A DNA stretch of 63,856 nucleotides, the filler included, from Neolecta irregularis DAH-3 (taxonomy: Eukaryota): assembly GCA_001929475.1 (NCBI GenBank). It is 6 parts of 6 records of this genome, joined end to end, with 100 filler letters (N's around TTAATTAATTAA, not from the genome) between each part and the next. Parts side by side here need not be neighbours in the genome. Positions count along the whole stretch, not along the records: positions 24,781 to 49,377 come from LXFE01000178.1; 5 more parts are not named here. One strand, 5' to 3'. Position numbers and translations under genes: made by a program. Below the pieces are notes generated by a model. That model did not search any database. It saw only the letters and a program-made list of their open reading frames with translations, and was not told the DNA's origin. Below, in pieces: positions 28,488 to 41,252 of the stretch. Position 1 is the first letter of the stretch. The number at the start of each line of letters is the position of its first letter.

Positions 28488-29548
28488 ATGACCAACTACT
28501 ATGAGCAGACACAATCGCAAGCACCGCCCTATGAACATTTGGTTCATCCTGTGCCTCAACATATTGCTCGACCAATGCAACAGTATGGGTCGCAGCAGCA
28601 GCAGCAGCAATTCTCCCAACCACAAAATTCGCAGCAACAACAGTATTCGCAACAACAACAATATCCGCAACATGCGCAATATTTGACCCATCCACTCACC
28701 TCCATATTTGCAGTACCAGATGGCACGGCGCAGGTCGGACTGCATATGGGCCGCACTGCCGTTGCGCAAGGAGCCAACTATGTAGCGCGCTATGTCGATG
28801 TTGCTGCGCTCAAACACTATTTCAACGTGTCAAACTACTTTGTCCTGCACAAATTGCGACTGGTGCTATTTCCCTGGAGACACTCGCCTTGGTCGCGTCT
28901 CGTTTCGAGATCTGCTATGAATCCGTCTGCAGATCTCTATAAACCACCGCGAGATGATCTCAATTCGCCCGACATGTATATTCCGGTCATGGCATTCGTC
29001 ACGTACATTCTCCTCGCCGGTGTCATGGCTGGAATCAGAGGCGATTTTCGTCCAGAACTGCTCGGAATCACTGCGAGTTTTGCGTTTGCCGTGGTGTTGA
29101 TCGAGTTTCTCGTAGTAAAACTCGGCTGTTACCTGCTAAACATCACCAGCGAATCGCAGTACCTCGACCTCATTGCGTACAGCGGCTACAAATTCGTCGG
29201 GTGTGTTTTTGTTCTTTTGTCCGTTCTAAACTCCAGAATCATCGCCACAATGATTTCCCAGTTCGCTTTTGCAGATAAGAGCTGGCTTCCGTGGCTCGTT
29301 TTCTTCTATACATACGCAGCAAATGGCTTCTTTCTCGTATGTCTTTGAATTATCATGCTGATTATCAGCTCCGCAGTCTCAAATATGTAGTCCTCCCAGA
29401 AACATCTGGGTCTGCTACAACTACGGCGACTGTTACTTCTGCTCAGCGCACTCGCCGCATCCATTTCCTTGCAATCATCTCTGTCGGCCAGATTATCGCC
29501 ATGTGGTTCAGTGTTCCGGATGGACCATGGATTTTATCCCGTCCATGA
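28488..29548 (+). CDS. YIF1: ER-Golgi transport protein Yif1/Hrf1; last residues derived from a transposon
   Basis: LKHYFNVSNYFVLHKLRLVLFPWRH, PPRDDLNSPDMYIPVMAFVTY, DLIAYSGYKFVG, FFL/LRSLKY. Confidence 0.93.
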
Positions 29549-30487
29549 AAAGTTGAACTTTATCCATGGATTTTTAGTCCATGGACTGGACTAGGGAAAA
29601 AGCCTGGTCCATCCGGTCCATGGACTGGATGGACCGTATCACGTGATATTTGATTGTAGGGATTTACCTCGTCAAACAATGAATTTTCATTTCACGCACT
29701 CCAACTCCCACGCCCGCTGCAGCGCCCTCACCTGCTCCAGCGCCCTCACCTGCTCCAACTCCCTGGCCCGCTGCACTGCTCCCACCCACTCCAGCACCTT
29801 TGCCAGCTCCAGCACTCTCACCCACTCCAACTCCCTGGCCCGATCCAGTGCCCTTACCCGCTCCACTGCCCTTACCCGCTCCAACACTCTCGCCCGCTCC
29901 AGCGCCCTCGCCAGTTGCAGAACCCCCGCCTGCTGACGCCCTCTCTGGCTGCAACTCCCTCACCCCTGCCGCTGAAACTCCGATTCCCGCAAACTCAGTC
30001 AACCTGTTGAGTAAGTTAAATCAAAAGCCGGTGCAAGTTGCTTGATACATGTAGCTTTCACATGTTGTCTAAGAGACTTGGTTGTGTTGGGAATATCTAT
30101 TAGGTATTTCAGACATCATTGTTTGGTTGTTTCTGACGTATGATTTCTATTTTATGTGACATGTATAAACAAAGTCAGTCTCTCCCACCTCCCGCATCTC
30201 GCCTTTCCTGTCCCACCCGACCTTCCAGTCCCGCCCACCTTTCCAGTTCCACCGTGCTTCCTCTGCAGTCCCGCCATGCCCGTCCCTCCCTCCTCACCCA
30301 TCCCACGCATCCCTCCTGCCTCGCTTATTCCGCCCTTGCCCATCCCGCGAGTCCCTGTCCGCCTATGCCTCCTCTCCCATCCTGCCTGACTCTCCCATCC
30401 CGCCCGTGCTGCCTGTCCCTGTCCAACCCATGCCTCCTCTCCCATCCTGCCTGACTCTCCCATCCTGCCAGACTCTCAGGAACACTG
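29509..30487. mobile_element. Non-autonomous hAT element (979 bp) with 8-bp TSD ATGTGGTT
   Basis: TIRs CAGTGTTCC/GGAACACTG; TSD at 29501-29508 and 30488-30495; TCCATGGA subterminal repeats; internal ~18-bp C-rich tandem repeats. Confidence 0.92.
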
Positions 30488-30589
30488 ATGTGGTTGCTGA
30501 GTTGAAAAGTTATATCATTATTCGCTTATTTTACCCGGGTCATTTTATGTGTTATCTATTTATGTGACCCGTACTCTTATCCCCCCCAA

Positions 30590-31839
30590 ATGGACCAACA
30601 CCAAAATTCTCCAGATGAACAAATCCTCCTCTGCAAAACAGCCCGGTCGTTTGATCTATACTCTCAGCATTCCTACCGCCAGACTCAAAAGCGCAGACGC
30701 GATTTTTATGTATTGCCGTTGGCTCATAGATCCCTTTTGCCAGACCACCTATCCCTTATCGACGCCGTAGACGACCGTATTCGCAAAAATCAAGATTTTC
30801 TCAGTAAAATAATCGCCGGTCTCGGGTTGTCTTTGGCATGCCCTGCGGCAGAATTACAAAATGCTGCTTCATCTGACCCTTCAGTAGAATCACACGACGT
30901 CGATAAAGTAAAAAGTACTCTAAAACAATTCGTCCGCGATTGGAGCACAGAGGTACCCAAACCCAGAAAGCCGTTTTAAATTTACAGGGCGAAGAAGAAC
31001 GCAGAAAGACGTACGACCCAATCATCTTTCAACTCCAAAAATACTTTCCCGACCCGTGAGCATACCTGTATTCGTACTAATGACGAGAAAAGATATCAGA
31101 GTACTTGTACCCGGCGCAGGGCTGGCTAGATTATGCGTGGAAATATATCGATTGGGATACCATGTCCAGGGCAATGAATTCAGTTGGCACATGCTCTTTG
31201 CATCCCAATTCATCCTCAACACGTACTTGTTCCAATATGTCCCATCAATAACCATTCAGACCAATGGAAAAACATTCGTGTGTAATATATCCATATATCC
31301 ATACATTTAGCAATCACCCATCAAACACTTCTCTTCTTCGTGGAATCACAATTCCAGATATCGTTCCCGGAGATATTCTCGATCGAGCCACAGGAGATCT
31401 TTCCATGAATGCCGGAGAATTCGTAGACTGTTACTCTCGTCCTTCTGAAAGACGTACTCCGCTGCGTAGCGCGGACTGATAGTTAGATGCATGGGATTGT
31501 ATCATTACATGTTTTTTCATCGATACAGCCCCAAATATAATCGCTTATCTTGATACAATTCGGTACTGTCTCAAACCAGAATCAGGTCGGTGGATCAATC
31601 TTGGTCCGTTGCTATGGCACTGGGAAGGCCGGCCCGACGAATCGAGTCTAGAATTGGGCATGCATGAAGTCATTCAACTTGCCCAACGAATGGGATTCGA
31701 CTTTTTGGAAAGAAAGGGCATTTTGACTGGATACACAGAGAACAAACATAGTGAGAAAATGATTAGAGCAATCTAATATGGAGGTCTGCTCAAGTATCAA
31801 TATACCACAGAATTATGGACCGCACGGACAGCTGAATGA
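30590..31839 (+). CDS. Carnosine N-methyltransferase / N2227-like SAM methyltransferase
   Basis: [56 protein letters not shown]; 5 introns. Confidence 0.92.
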
Positions 31840-31968
31840 TGGTGATAGTTACCATAAAATGGATACCACGTACTGCAGTATAGATCGCATGCAATGACGA
31901 CGATAATCACTAATTAACTAAACTTCAGATATAAAAACACACAACCCCGTTTTCTATAGGAATGATTG

Positions 31969-33008
31969 TTAAATCTCGGCCCACCCAGCACCAACAGAGA
32001 TACCGCTACTTATCGTCATCCCAGCTTCCCAATAACATGATCTTCTGGAGAGTGTGTTTCTCGAGCGTACTGATAGACTTGTACAACTCTTTGAATGCCG
32101 ATGCTGAATTGAGGACCCGCTTCTCGTTGCAGCCGGTGAGTTCTTTGCACAAAAGTAGGTGCGGACAATTTCCCAGACCATTGGCAATCCTATTTTCTCG
32201 TCCCAGTTGGTAGAGCTGGCTATATCCGAATGCCGTTCTTCAATGCCCCAGTCCAATAACATAGAACTGAACGGTGCGGTAGAAGACTGACTGTGTTGCA
32301 TCGATTCTTGCATTCTGCAATGTTCTGGCTCCTCGTCTTCTTCCTTCTCTTCAACAGGATTCAAAATCCAGAAAGGATATCCAAGCTGCTTTGCATTTTC
32401 ACTCAAAAACCTCTCCCAAAAATGCATCTCGAAAACATCTCCGCTTCCAGGATATCCTCCCTTGCAAAACAACGCATCCAAAACAAGAGGCTCCTCCACA
32501 CCTGCCAGACTCTGCACAACCTTCTTCAACAGTCGGCCATAAATCCCGTCTTCGATAGGCCCTGTCACGGAATTCCTGCGCGAGCGGCGGTAATGTACTT
32601 GCCGGATAAGTTCAGAAAGTAAAAGACGAGACTGCTCCGCTTGCCAAGCGTGTACTTTATCACCGACATTGCACCCCGGAGCGGTATTCTCATCGACAGT
32701 GATATTAGTATCGCTCGATTTAGCAAGACTCTTTTCCTCTTGCGCTATTGTTGTAAATCCACCGATTCCGTTATGGCCAGGAAACACTACCACGCCCGCA
32801 TCACCGGCTCCCATAGACCCATTATCAAATATGGTAACATGCTAAAAAATCAGCCTGCAGGAAAACCGAAAGAGCAGACCTCTACTTCGGTATATATACC
32901 AGCAGAACTAATAAAAGACCCCGTCGAGTCAGACAACATAACCCACTCCGTTGGACCTTTCGACTCCCCATTCCTCTCGAACTGCTGCGCATGCGCCTGG
33001 AATGTCAT
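31969..33008 (-). CDS. Conserved fungal hypothetical protein
   Basis: 281-aa exon (FPGHNGIGGF; VHAWQAEQSRLLLSEL; YWEAG..S.SVG.GWAEI) plus upstream exon MTFQ...TEWVML; start uncertain. Confidence 0.6.
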
Positions 33009-33303
33009 ATTTGTGTCTGCGCGGTGTCAGAGTAGAAACAGCGATTTGAGATACCTGGGAAGAGGATGTGGCGGGGAAGGTAATCATTGGCGCCATTTGC
33101 AGATAGGCGCCAATTACCCGATATCAGCCGATGATAACCCAACTCGGGCATCAACAATAAACAGACAAATAAAGATAAGGCGCAGGCACACAAATCTTCT
33201 TTCTGACAAATGCTTATCCATGTAGGACAGTAGAAAGTGGTCTACAGCAGATAATTACCTGTGGCCTAGGAAAAAGGGAAAAGACAGGATTGCACGCCTA
33301 ATC

Positions 33304-34931
33304 ATGGATGATCCAGCCGCCCTCCCGCTCGCGCTGACCCCCGCAGAGACCGTCGATCCGCACAACCCCGCCTCGCTCGAGCTGCTCGCTGCCCCAATGT
33401 CGCCCAAAGTCGCGCCAACCGCCTCTAGCAGATCATCGCCCGCGCCGGCGCCCCCGATGCTGGTCGTCTGTGCGGCATCATCGTCAGCTCCCTCGATGAG
33501 AAAGACGGCAAAGACGGCGACGATCTCGACCTCCTGGAAAAGAAACTCCAATCCGCAAACTTGTCTGAGCAAGGCAGGCTGCCCTCGCCCTTTAGCACTA
33601 ACTTCTAGCCTCAAAAGTCGCAAGCCGCGAATTGGGCCCGTCTCAAAAGAATGCATCCTACACAACCCGAGTACATTGTTTGCATAACTTACCTCGAAAC
33701 GCTCTCAGAGATTAACACCACCGCATCCGACAATCTCGACCTTTCTACAGTCTCCCGCGAACAACTCGACGCAGATCACTACGGTTTAGAAAACGTCAAG
33801 AAACGCCTACTTGAATATCTCGCTGTTCTACGACTCAAAAAAGCTACAAACTCAAATTCCGTCGACAAAGCTCCCATCTTGCTCCTCGTCGGCCCCCCAG
33901 GCACCGGGAAACCCAGTCTTGCCAAGAGTATTGCAAAAAGCATTGGCCGCAAGTTTTTAAGAATCAGCCTTGGTGGCGTCCGCGACGAGGCAGAAATCAG
34001 AGGCCATCGAAGAACATACGTTGGCGCCATGCCAGGAGTCATCCTCCAAGGTTTACGAAAAATACAAGTTTGCAACCCTGTTTGCTTCTGGACGAGGCAC
34101 AATCATCTCTCTTTGAGTCTGACTTTACAGGTTGACAAACTCTCCGCTAACAATTTCCACGGAGATCCTTCGGCTGCAATGCTCAAAGTCTTTGACCCCG
34201 AACAAAACTTTTCCTTTTCAGATCAGTACATCAACATTCCTGTGGATTTATCCCGCGTCCTCTTCATCGCCACCGCTAATTCGCTCGATACTATTTCGGG
34301 ACCTTTATTAGATCGAATGGAAGTAATTCACCTATCCGACTACACATACCACGAAAAACTCCATATCGCTAAACAACACCTCGTCTCTAAACAGGTAAAA
34401 GAAAATGGACTAGCAAAGTTATCCATCGAGGATGATGCGCTGATAAAAATCGCCACAGGGTATACCCACGAAGCCGGTGTTCGGAGTCTTAACGACAATT
34501 TGCGGCAGTATGTCGATATATAGCAGTCGAATCAACTGAAAATCCAAATGCCTCATAAACATCTATCACCGTCGACGATATCCCAAAAATCCTCGGAATC
34601 GAGAAATATACACTTGAAATCACAGAACGGAGTAATCGGCCTGGAGTCGTTACTGGTCTTGCTTACATGGCTCCCGGTACAGGAGGAATTCTCTTCATTG
34701 AACCCACTTCCATGCCTGGTTCCGGAGTCCTCCCAATGCCCGGAAATCTCGGAAATGTCATCGAAGAATCGCCTCTGTGCGCTTTCTTGGCTTAAATTCC
34801 ACGCTTTTCAACTTCATTTGACGGCTTTACCTTCTGGCAAATGCATCGTTTGGCGGGGGACAGGCATACGCTACGGACATCCTACTAGCTCAAAGTGCCT
34901 TCTACGGTCAACATTTTGGTGCAGCATTTGA
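33304..34931 (+). pseudogene. Lon protease (peroxisomal Lon2-like) pseudogene
   Basis: [33 protein letters not shown] present, but Walker A reads GKPS, Walker B (LLLDE) is frameshifted near 34080, further frameshifts near 33635 and 34490, and the N- and C-termini are truncated. Confidence 0.85.
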
Positions 34932-35485
34932 TCTGCTACTCGTTATATCAACGCAAGTTCTCGGATATTCCCTTGCCGGCTTATCGAGGCGGCTTCTAGT
35001 TTGGCCTGCAGCAGTCATTTGGCCAGCAGTTCTTGTCAACACTCAAACACTCCACACAGATCTCAACGTAACCTTTTCTCCTTACATACATCATAACCAT
35101 TCAGCGCGTTGCATTTGGGTGGAAAATATCGCGATATCAATTTTTCATGTCTCCATTGGTGGATTCTTCTGGTACTTCTTTCCCGGTTACATTTTCACCG
35201 GATTGTCTACATTTCATGGATCATGGATCATTTATCTATGAAAAACCTGGTTTATTTAATAGTTATCCAGTGAAAACAAAGAATATTCGTGACTGCATAT
35301 GCGATACATTTCTTTATTGTAAGATCAAGTCAAAACCTTTTGAAATTACACTTGTTGCCCCCGAATAACACTACTATGTCAAGTTCATTCATTTTCTCCA
35401 AGACAACCTTTTTGCCCACAACGTTTGGCCAAATATGTTGATGTATTGTTATTTCACCGCTTATAAAAACGATATTATTCCTTGA

Positions 35486-36241
35486 TTAAATAGGTAAAGA
35501 CATGAGGGATTTCAGGTCTGGTATAGCGCCTTTCGCTAATAGATATCTTACCATCCGCTTACTTTCATTTCGAGTCGCAATTCCAATCAGTTGTTTATTG
35601 TTGGCCACTAGAGCTCCATTTGCAATCAAAACATCGCAAATCTCTTCATCGTCAACGTCAACTGCAGCAACCAAAGCTTCATCATATAGATTTTCCGCTC
35701 GAAAATCGGCTTTGGCATTGATGAGTGCGCGCAGCAGAGAAACTCGTCCTAATCGAATGACATCGTTTAAAATCATCTCGAAATCCAGTTTTTCAATCCT
35801 GGCGCCTTTAAAATACAGAGAAAGCAGCAAATCTTCTTTCCCTGCAAGTACAAGAGACCCAGGTATTATAATTTTCTCGAGGCTGAGTTTGTCAATAATC
35901 TTTTGCTTTATAAGCCAGTTTTCAATATAGACCAAGGTTTTCGCCGTAAAAAAGCGTCTTCGTAGCCCGTATTGAAGAAATACTGGCCAATTTCTATGCA
36001 AGGATCGAAGGAATTGAACCTTTGCGAATTCAGGTGGACTAGACAAGCGTGTATATATCGTTCTCGACACAAGCGGTAGCAGATGGTTAGACGACCGGCA
36101 CAAGATATTCAACAACAACTCTGTCGGTAAAGATTCGAAAGGTGATGCAGAAGCAATATACTTGCGGTTCGAATTCTCTGAGAAAGTGCAGGTCGTTTGT
36201 TTCATCAAAGGACGTCTTTTGTCGGTGATATTGTTGCCCAT
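35486..36241 (-). CDS. F-box-like plus ankyrin-repeat protein
   Basis: FESLPTELLLNILC..LPLVSR; ankyrin-like ALVAAV..EICDVLIANGA, MVRYLLAKGA; intronless. Confidence 0.72.
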   Translation of the reverse strand: MGNNITDKRRPLMKQTTCTFSENSNRKYIASASPFESLPTELLLNILCRSSNHLLPLVSRTIYTRLSSPPEFAKVQFLRSLHRNWPVFLQYGLRRRFFTAKTLVYIENWLIKQKIIDKLSLEKIIIPGSLVLAGKEDLLLSLYFKGARIEKLDFEMILNDVIRLGRVSLLRALINAKADFRAENLYDEALVAAVDVDDEEICDVLIANGALVANNKQLIGIATRNESKRMVRYLLAKGAIPDLKSLMSLPI

Positions 36242-36412
36242 GGTGGAGAAAAACCGCGTAATAAGCTCGATTTTAACATCTGCAATTATTACCCCACAAT
36301 ATTGGGGTCTTCTAACTTGTACCAATGCCAATACCTTTTGGGTTCAAGAATCGAGGTAAAAAGAATACCCGGGTTGGATTGTGGTTATTATATTACAATC
36401 CGGATAGATTCT

Positions 36413-37813
36413 TTACATGTTGCTCTCCTTCAGAACTTTTCTACTATGCAGTGTATTTTTAATATTACCCCAATCAACAAATATCTTTGCTGGAAAGAGT
36501 AATTCATTCTCTCTATAAGCCCAATTCTCATTGAACTCGGGAGCATCCTGTGTAGAATTCCTCCCAATCCAGACCCATGCGTCAGGCGATAATGTAACTT
36601 TCAAAGAATGTAGCTTAAGAAATCCTTGTATGCCAAATAAAATTCCCCGTTTGAAGAAGGTTGCATGATCCAATTCAATGATTTTAATAGATGGGTTTGC
36701 TCTCTTCAGCCTGAATAAATGCCGGAGTACGGAATTTCCAATATCTATGGCATCCTGGTCATTGTTTATTGTTCTAAACAGAGAAGCGGCTTGTAACCAG
36801 TTCCAACCAAGCTGAAGATAAGTTAAACTATCTGAAATTCTCGTTCTGGTGAACTTTCTAAATGATTCACACCAGAGATCATCTTCTGGAATTGATTGAC
36901 TAATGATTGAGAGTTTTTGAAGATTTGTCTTTTCCTCAAAGTTTGTAAATATTGCGAATGTCCCAACTTGAATTATTGTATTAGCATCTGTATATATCAT
37001 AATTTCCCTCGAGGAACTCGCAAGTATATTCAATACCACAATCCTTAAAAGATCTCCAATTAACGATTTGCAGTAATCTCCAATAATGTCAAGTCTCTTG
37101 CATGTATCCATTATAATTTGAAGTTTTGATTGTATAAGATGGTGTAGTGCATGAAGTACATCTGCAGAGTTTGTAATATCCCGAGCATTAACAAAGATAA
37201 TCCTTATAGTCTTCTTGAAAGATAGAAGTTCATTTACTAGAGTAGCATATTCCTGAACCCTGAGGTATGGTATTTCAATAAACAGAAGCTGAATATTCCC
37301 CAGCGTGAAAATATTTCGATGCACAGAAAGGCAAACAGCGGCGAGACACTTGTCATTATTTGCAAAAGCAGTTGAAAAAAATGCACTGGCTTTAAATACA
37401 GTATGATATTGACTTGAATGGATTAAATTTCTCCAATGTGAACATATTGATGAGAGAATTGTGTAACAGGGCAATCCAGTAATGTGGTCTCTTTGCGGGA
37501 TCCATGAATGAGGAGCCAAATTGAAGATTTTGAGGTTGGAGAAATTGACTAAAGGTTCAACATGTGAAAAGATTTGCAGAACAAGATTATCCGGAAGTTT
37601 GCTGAAATAATTTTCCTTTTTCCTCAGTTGTATTGTGGGAAGTTCATCATATATCCTAGATCTCTGCTTCTTTGGTACAAGATTGATCATATGTGCGGCT
37701 GACCCAACAGAGTCTAGCTGAGAAGTTCTTGATTTGGACCTTTTTTTGAGAGAAAATGTTCTACCGAATTTCTTTTTTGATTTGGAATCCTCTAGATTAT
37801 GGCAGTGAGGCAT
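36413..37813 (-). CDS. Lineage-specific F-box protein (LRR-like body), intronless
   Basis: 466-aa ORF; FSKLPDNLVLQIFSHV...LSSICSHWRNLI. Confidence 0.72.
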   Translation of the reverse strand: MPHCHNLEDSKSKKKFGRTFSLKKRSKSRTSQLDSVGSAAHMINLVPKKQRSRIYDELPTIQLRKKENYFSKLPDNLVLQIFSHVEPLVNFSNLKIFNLAPHSWIPQRDHITGLPCYTILSSICSHWRNLIHSSQYHTVFKASAFFSTAFANNDKCLAAVCLSVHRNIFTLGNIQLLFIEIPYLRVQEYATLVNELLSFKKTIRIIFVNARDITNSADVLHALHHLIQSKLQIIMDTCKRLDIIGDYCKSLIGDLLRIVVLNILASSSREIMIYTDANTIIQVGTFAIFTNFEEKTNLQKLSIISQSIPEDDLWCESFRKFTRTRISDSLTYLQLGWNWLQAASLFRTINNDQDAIDIGNSVLRHLFRLKRANPSIKIIELDHATFFKRGILFGIQGFLKLHSLKVTLSPDAWVWIGRNSTQDAPEFNENWAYRENELLFPAKIFVDWGNIKNTLHSRKVLKESNM

Positions 37814-37921
37814 TAAGCTTAAAAGTTCTAGATTCTTGAGATGAATAATTGGAATTCACTAGATAGGAAATGGTCTACAGCAGAACTCTGTCTTTAGAAC
37901 ATTGATGGTTGAGATTATATT

Positions 37922-39076
37922 CAGCGTGTCCAACCTTCTGACCGTCACCGGCGGCAGCATGAATTAACAATTTATATAGGTTCAACTACGCATTCATTAA
38001 ATAATGTCAATTGCTAATATAAATTGATTTCTATCTTGCTATTTCTTCTATCACTATTATTTCTCCTTGTTACTGTTTACAAAAGCCCCTTAAGCAACTA
38101 GTTCTTCTGGCATTCATCTGTTTCAACTGCATCATCCCCCAGACGGTTTCTTTCATCAGTCATCAGTTTTTCTGCTTGGTTGAATACTCTTTCACATTCT
38201 GCACTCATTCGCTAGACAGGCGGTTGGACACACTCAGTGTTGGCTGTGAGCCATGGGTCGGGCCAAGAAAAAAGCCCGGCCCATCGGTCCATGGGCCTAC
38301 ATGGGCCGAAACGGGCTTTTTCATGTGATCTTGAATAATACTATGCGGTCCTTCTCCTCCCTAACCGCCTTCCTACCGGCCTCGCCTGCCCGCCTTGCCA
38401 GTCCATCTCGCGAGCCTCTTCCATCTCACCCTCCTCGCGCTCTTCTCACCTACCTGGCTCGCCCGCCTCTCCCGTCTATCTCTCCTGCCTCTCCCGCCCG
38501 TCTCAAGCAGCAGTGCACGGCCAGGGCGAGTAGCACATCGGCAACCGCAAAGACGACGCTGCGCCAGGCTGCCACCGAAGAGTACAGCCACGGGTTCGCG
38601 GGCAGCGGGCGGTGAGCAGCCAACGTCCACAGCAGCACCCGCGTAATCATTGGTTACGCATACCTAACCAAGTTCCCACACTTAGGCTAGTTATGCTCCC
38701 TGTATATTAGAAGTTCCCGCACTTAGGTTAAATTATAGAACCGAGTCTTATTGTACTTCCGGCGATCACTTACATTATTACAATAATATCTTTATATTCT
38801 CATTTTCTTGGAGTTTTGTCAACTAGCACAAGCTGGTCATACTGTGACATTGCTAGCTGCATTTTCACCTTTGTCTTCTTATTTAGAGAAATTTGTCTTT
38901 CAATCCTCCAGTGTCTTCAGGTGTGCCACTTCCCTGTGAGTCAATTGAAGCAGATAAATATTCTGTATTTGGCAATGAAGATGGTTCACATCTCTTCGGC
39001 GCGTGTGTGGCTTAGTAATCTGCCCGTCGATCCGCCGCTGGACAACTCTCCGAAGGACAGGTGGTTGGACACACTG
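37922..39076 (-). mobile_element. Composite hAT element with 8-bp TSD ATTATATT
   Basis: TIRs CAGCGTGTCCAACC / GGTTGGACACACTG; TSD at 37914-37921 and 39077-39084; contains a transposase relic and nested repeats. Confidence 0.88.
38077..38208 (-). pseudogene. hAT transposase C-terminal dimerization domain relic
   Basis: MSAECERVFNQAEKLMTDERNRLGDDAVETDECQKN*; the conserved Trp codon has become TAG. Confidence 0.85.
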
Positions 39077-39255
39077 ATTATATTCTCCATGCATAAACTC
39101 CCCTGACGAATCTAAAGCTTTTAAAATACATAACATACACAATAAAGACTTGAAGAAAATGTATTTTCAAAGATGAATGTGACCATGATAAATGCCAACT
39201 TGATGCGGTTTCGCAGACATACCCAGAAATTCTACCACGATTGAACTATACGATC

Positions 39256-41252
39256 ATGCTTGACGCTTTTTCGATCTTGACTGAAGGAGGAATTGTCCTT
39301 TGGTCCAGGACATTTGTTCCTATTTCTTCGCGTATCATAAATTCTCTGATTTGTGATAAATTCATCGAATCCCATTCCGGGGATAAGTCATTCACCAAAG
39401 ATTCATACTCTGTCAAATATGAACTGGCAAACGAGCTCGGCCTTATATTTGTGGTATCTTTATTATAGGGGCCTAAGGTCTCATTCTCCAGGTTGTCTAT
39501 CAGAGTTTGTTGCAGTTAAGTTTCATTGATGATCTCTTGGAAAATGTGAAAAGGATGTTCTTGAAGCTTTATGGTACCGAATTAAAGAAAAATAAAGGCC
39601 CGCTTCCGGAATGCAAATTCGACTACTATTTTGACAAGAAGTTGGAAGAATTGGAGGAATTTGGAAGAGTATTAAATCAAGCACAGCTCTTATTGATTTT
39701 AGATTCGTCCAACTCCAGTTACCAAAGTAGATGCATTGCCTACGCCGGAACAGAAATATGAGGGTTGGCCTCAATTTTATGCCAAAGCTGAGGGGCAGAA
39801 AATCACACCAACTCCGTTGAATTGACACCGACTCAAGCGCTTGAAAGATTGCGTCTTAGGCATTCCGCCCCTCGCCGAGGAGGGAGAAGAGGTGGATCAC
39901 GAAAGATAAGTCCATTTGAATCACCGGCTCAATCGAGGTCTACCGAAATTCTAGAATATATCTTATGATCTTAGCGGAGATGAAGCAATCAAACCCGGAA
40001 AGAAACCAGCTAAAAAGATGCGAAAATGGGCGGTAGATGGTGCTATGCAAGACGAAGATGACGACAATAAGCCTCTCGACTTCAGCGAGGGGAACACGTC
40101 ATCTATTAATACATCTTCTGCCAATCAAATGGTCGACCATTCCCGTGAATGGGGATCTACGACGAACGGAGAGTTTGTTTTGAAGGATCTTGGGGAAGAC
40201 GACGATTTCACGGCTTCTATCCTGGATGCCACTGCTGATGATAAGACCATTGAATCATTCGGTTTCTTCAAATCTTTCATTGGAGGAAAACAGATTTCAA
40301 CTGAGTCACTTCAACCTGCCCTTGAAAAAATGCGAGAACACCTGATGAAAAAGAATGTCGCCAAGGGCATTGCTGATCACCTGTGCGAGAGCGTCGAAAA
40401 GATTCTGATTGATCAAAAGACTGGTAATTTTCAAACAATCAAGAACAAGGTTAGACAAACGATGCAAGATTCATTACGTCGAATATTAACGCCTGGGTCA
40501 ACGATTGACGTATTACGAGAAATACGCCAAGTCCGACGTGAGCTTCGACCTTTTGCGATCTCTTTTGTTGGTGTAAATGGAGTCGGCAAATCAACAAACC
40601 TTTCCAAAGTAGCCTTTTTTCTTTTGCAGAATAAGTTGAAAATTTTAATAGCTGCGTGTGATACCTTTCGAAGTGGAGCAGTTGAACAATTAAGAGTTCA
40701 TGTTAGTAATCTGAAGGAGTTGACAGAACGAGAAGGCGGACGAATTGAACTCTTCGATAGAGGATATGGAAAGGATGCTGCAACAATAGCCAAAGACGCC
40801 GTTGATTTTGGTGCGAATTCCTTCAAGGTTTCAACTGACTGGTCAGCTACAAAGGAGGATTTTGATGTTGTATTGATTGATACAGCTGGTCGAAGGCATA
40901 GCGATCAGCGGCTAATGGGTTCTCTTGAAAAGGTATTGTGTTTTCTTTTTGCACTCTAACTGTACAGTTTGCGAGCCTTGCCAAGCCTGATCTAATTCTC
41001 ATGGTTGCTGAAGCCCTGGTGGGAACTGACTCGGTGGCTCAAGCTCAGAACTTTAACAATGCGCTCGGGACAAATCGACGTCTGGATGGCTTCGTCATAT
41101 CGAAATGTGACACTGTTGGAGATATGGTCGGTACAATGATTAGCATGGTGTATTCCACCTCTATTCCAATTGTGTTTGTTGGAGTAGGGCAGATGTATAC
41201 GGATCTGAGGAAACTGGACGTTGAGAAGACAGTCCGGCTGTTGATGTCTTGA
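39256..41252 (+). CDS. SRP101: Signal recognition particle receptor alpha subunit
   Basis: MLDAFSILTEGGIVLW, GVNGVGKSTNLSKV, ACDTFRSGAVEQL, DTAGR, SKCDTV, GVGQMYTDL; 5 introns. Confidence 0.96.

Noticed and set aside
29643-30463. Pro/Ala- and Gly-rich ORFs on both strands
   Set aside because: By-products of C-rich tandem repeats inside the hAT element; no domain signal
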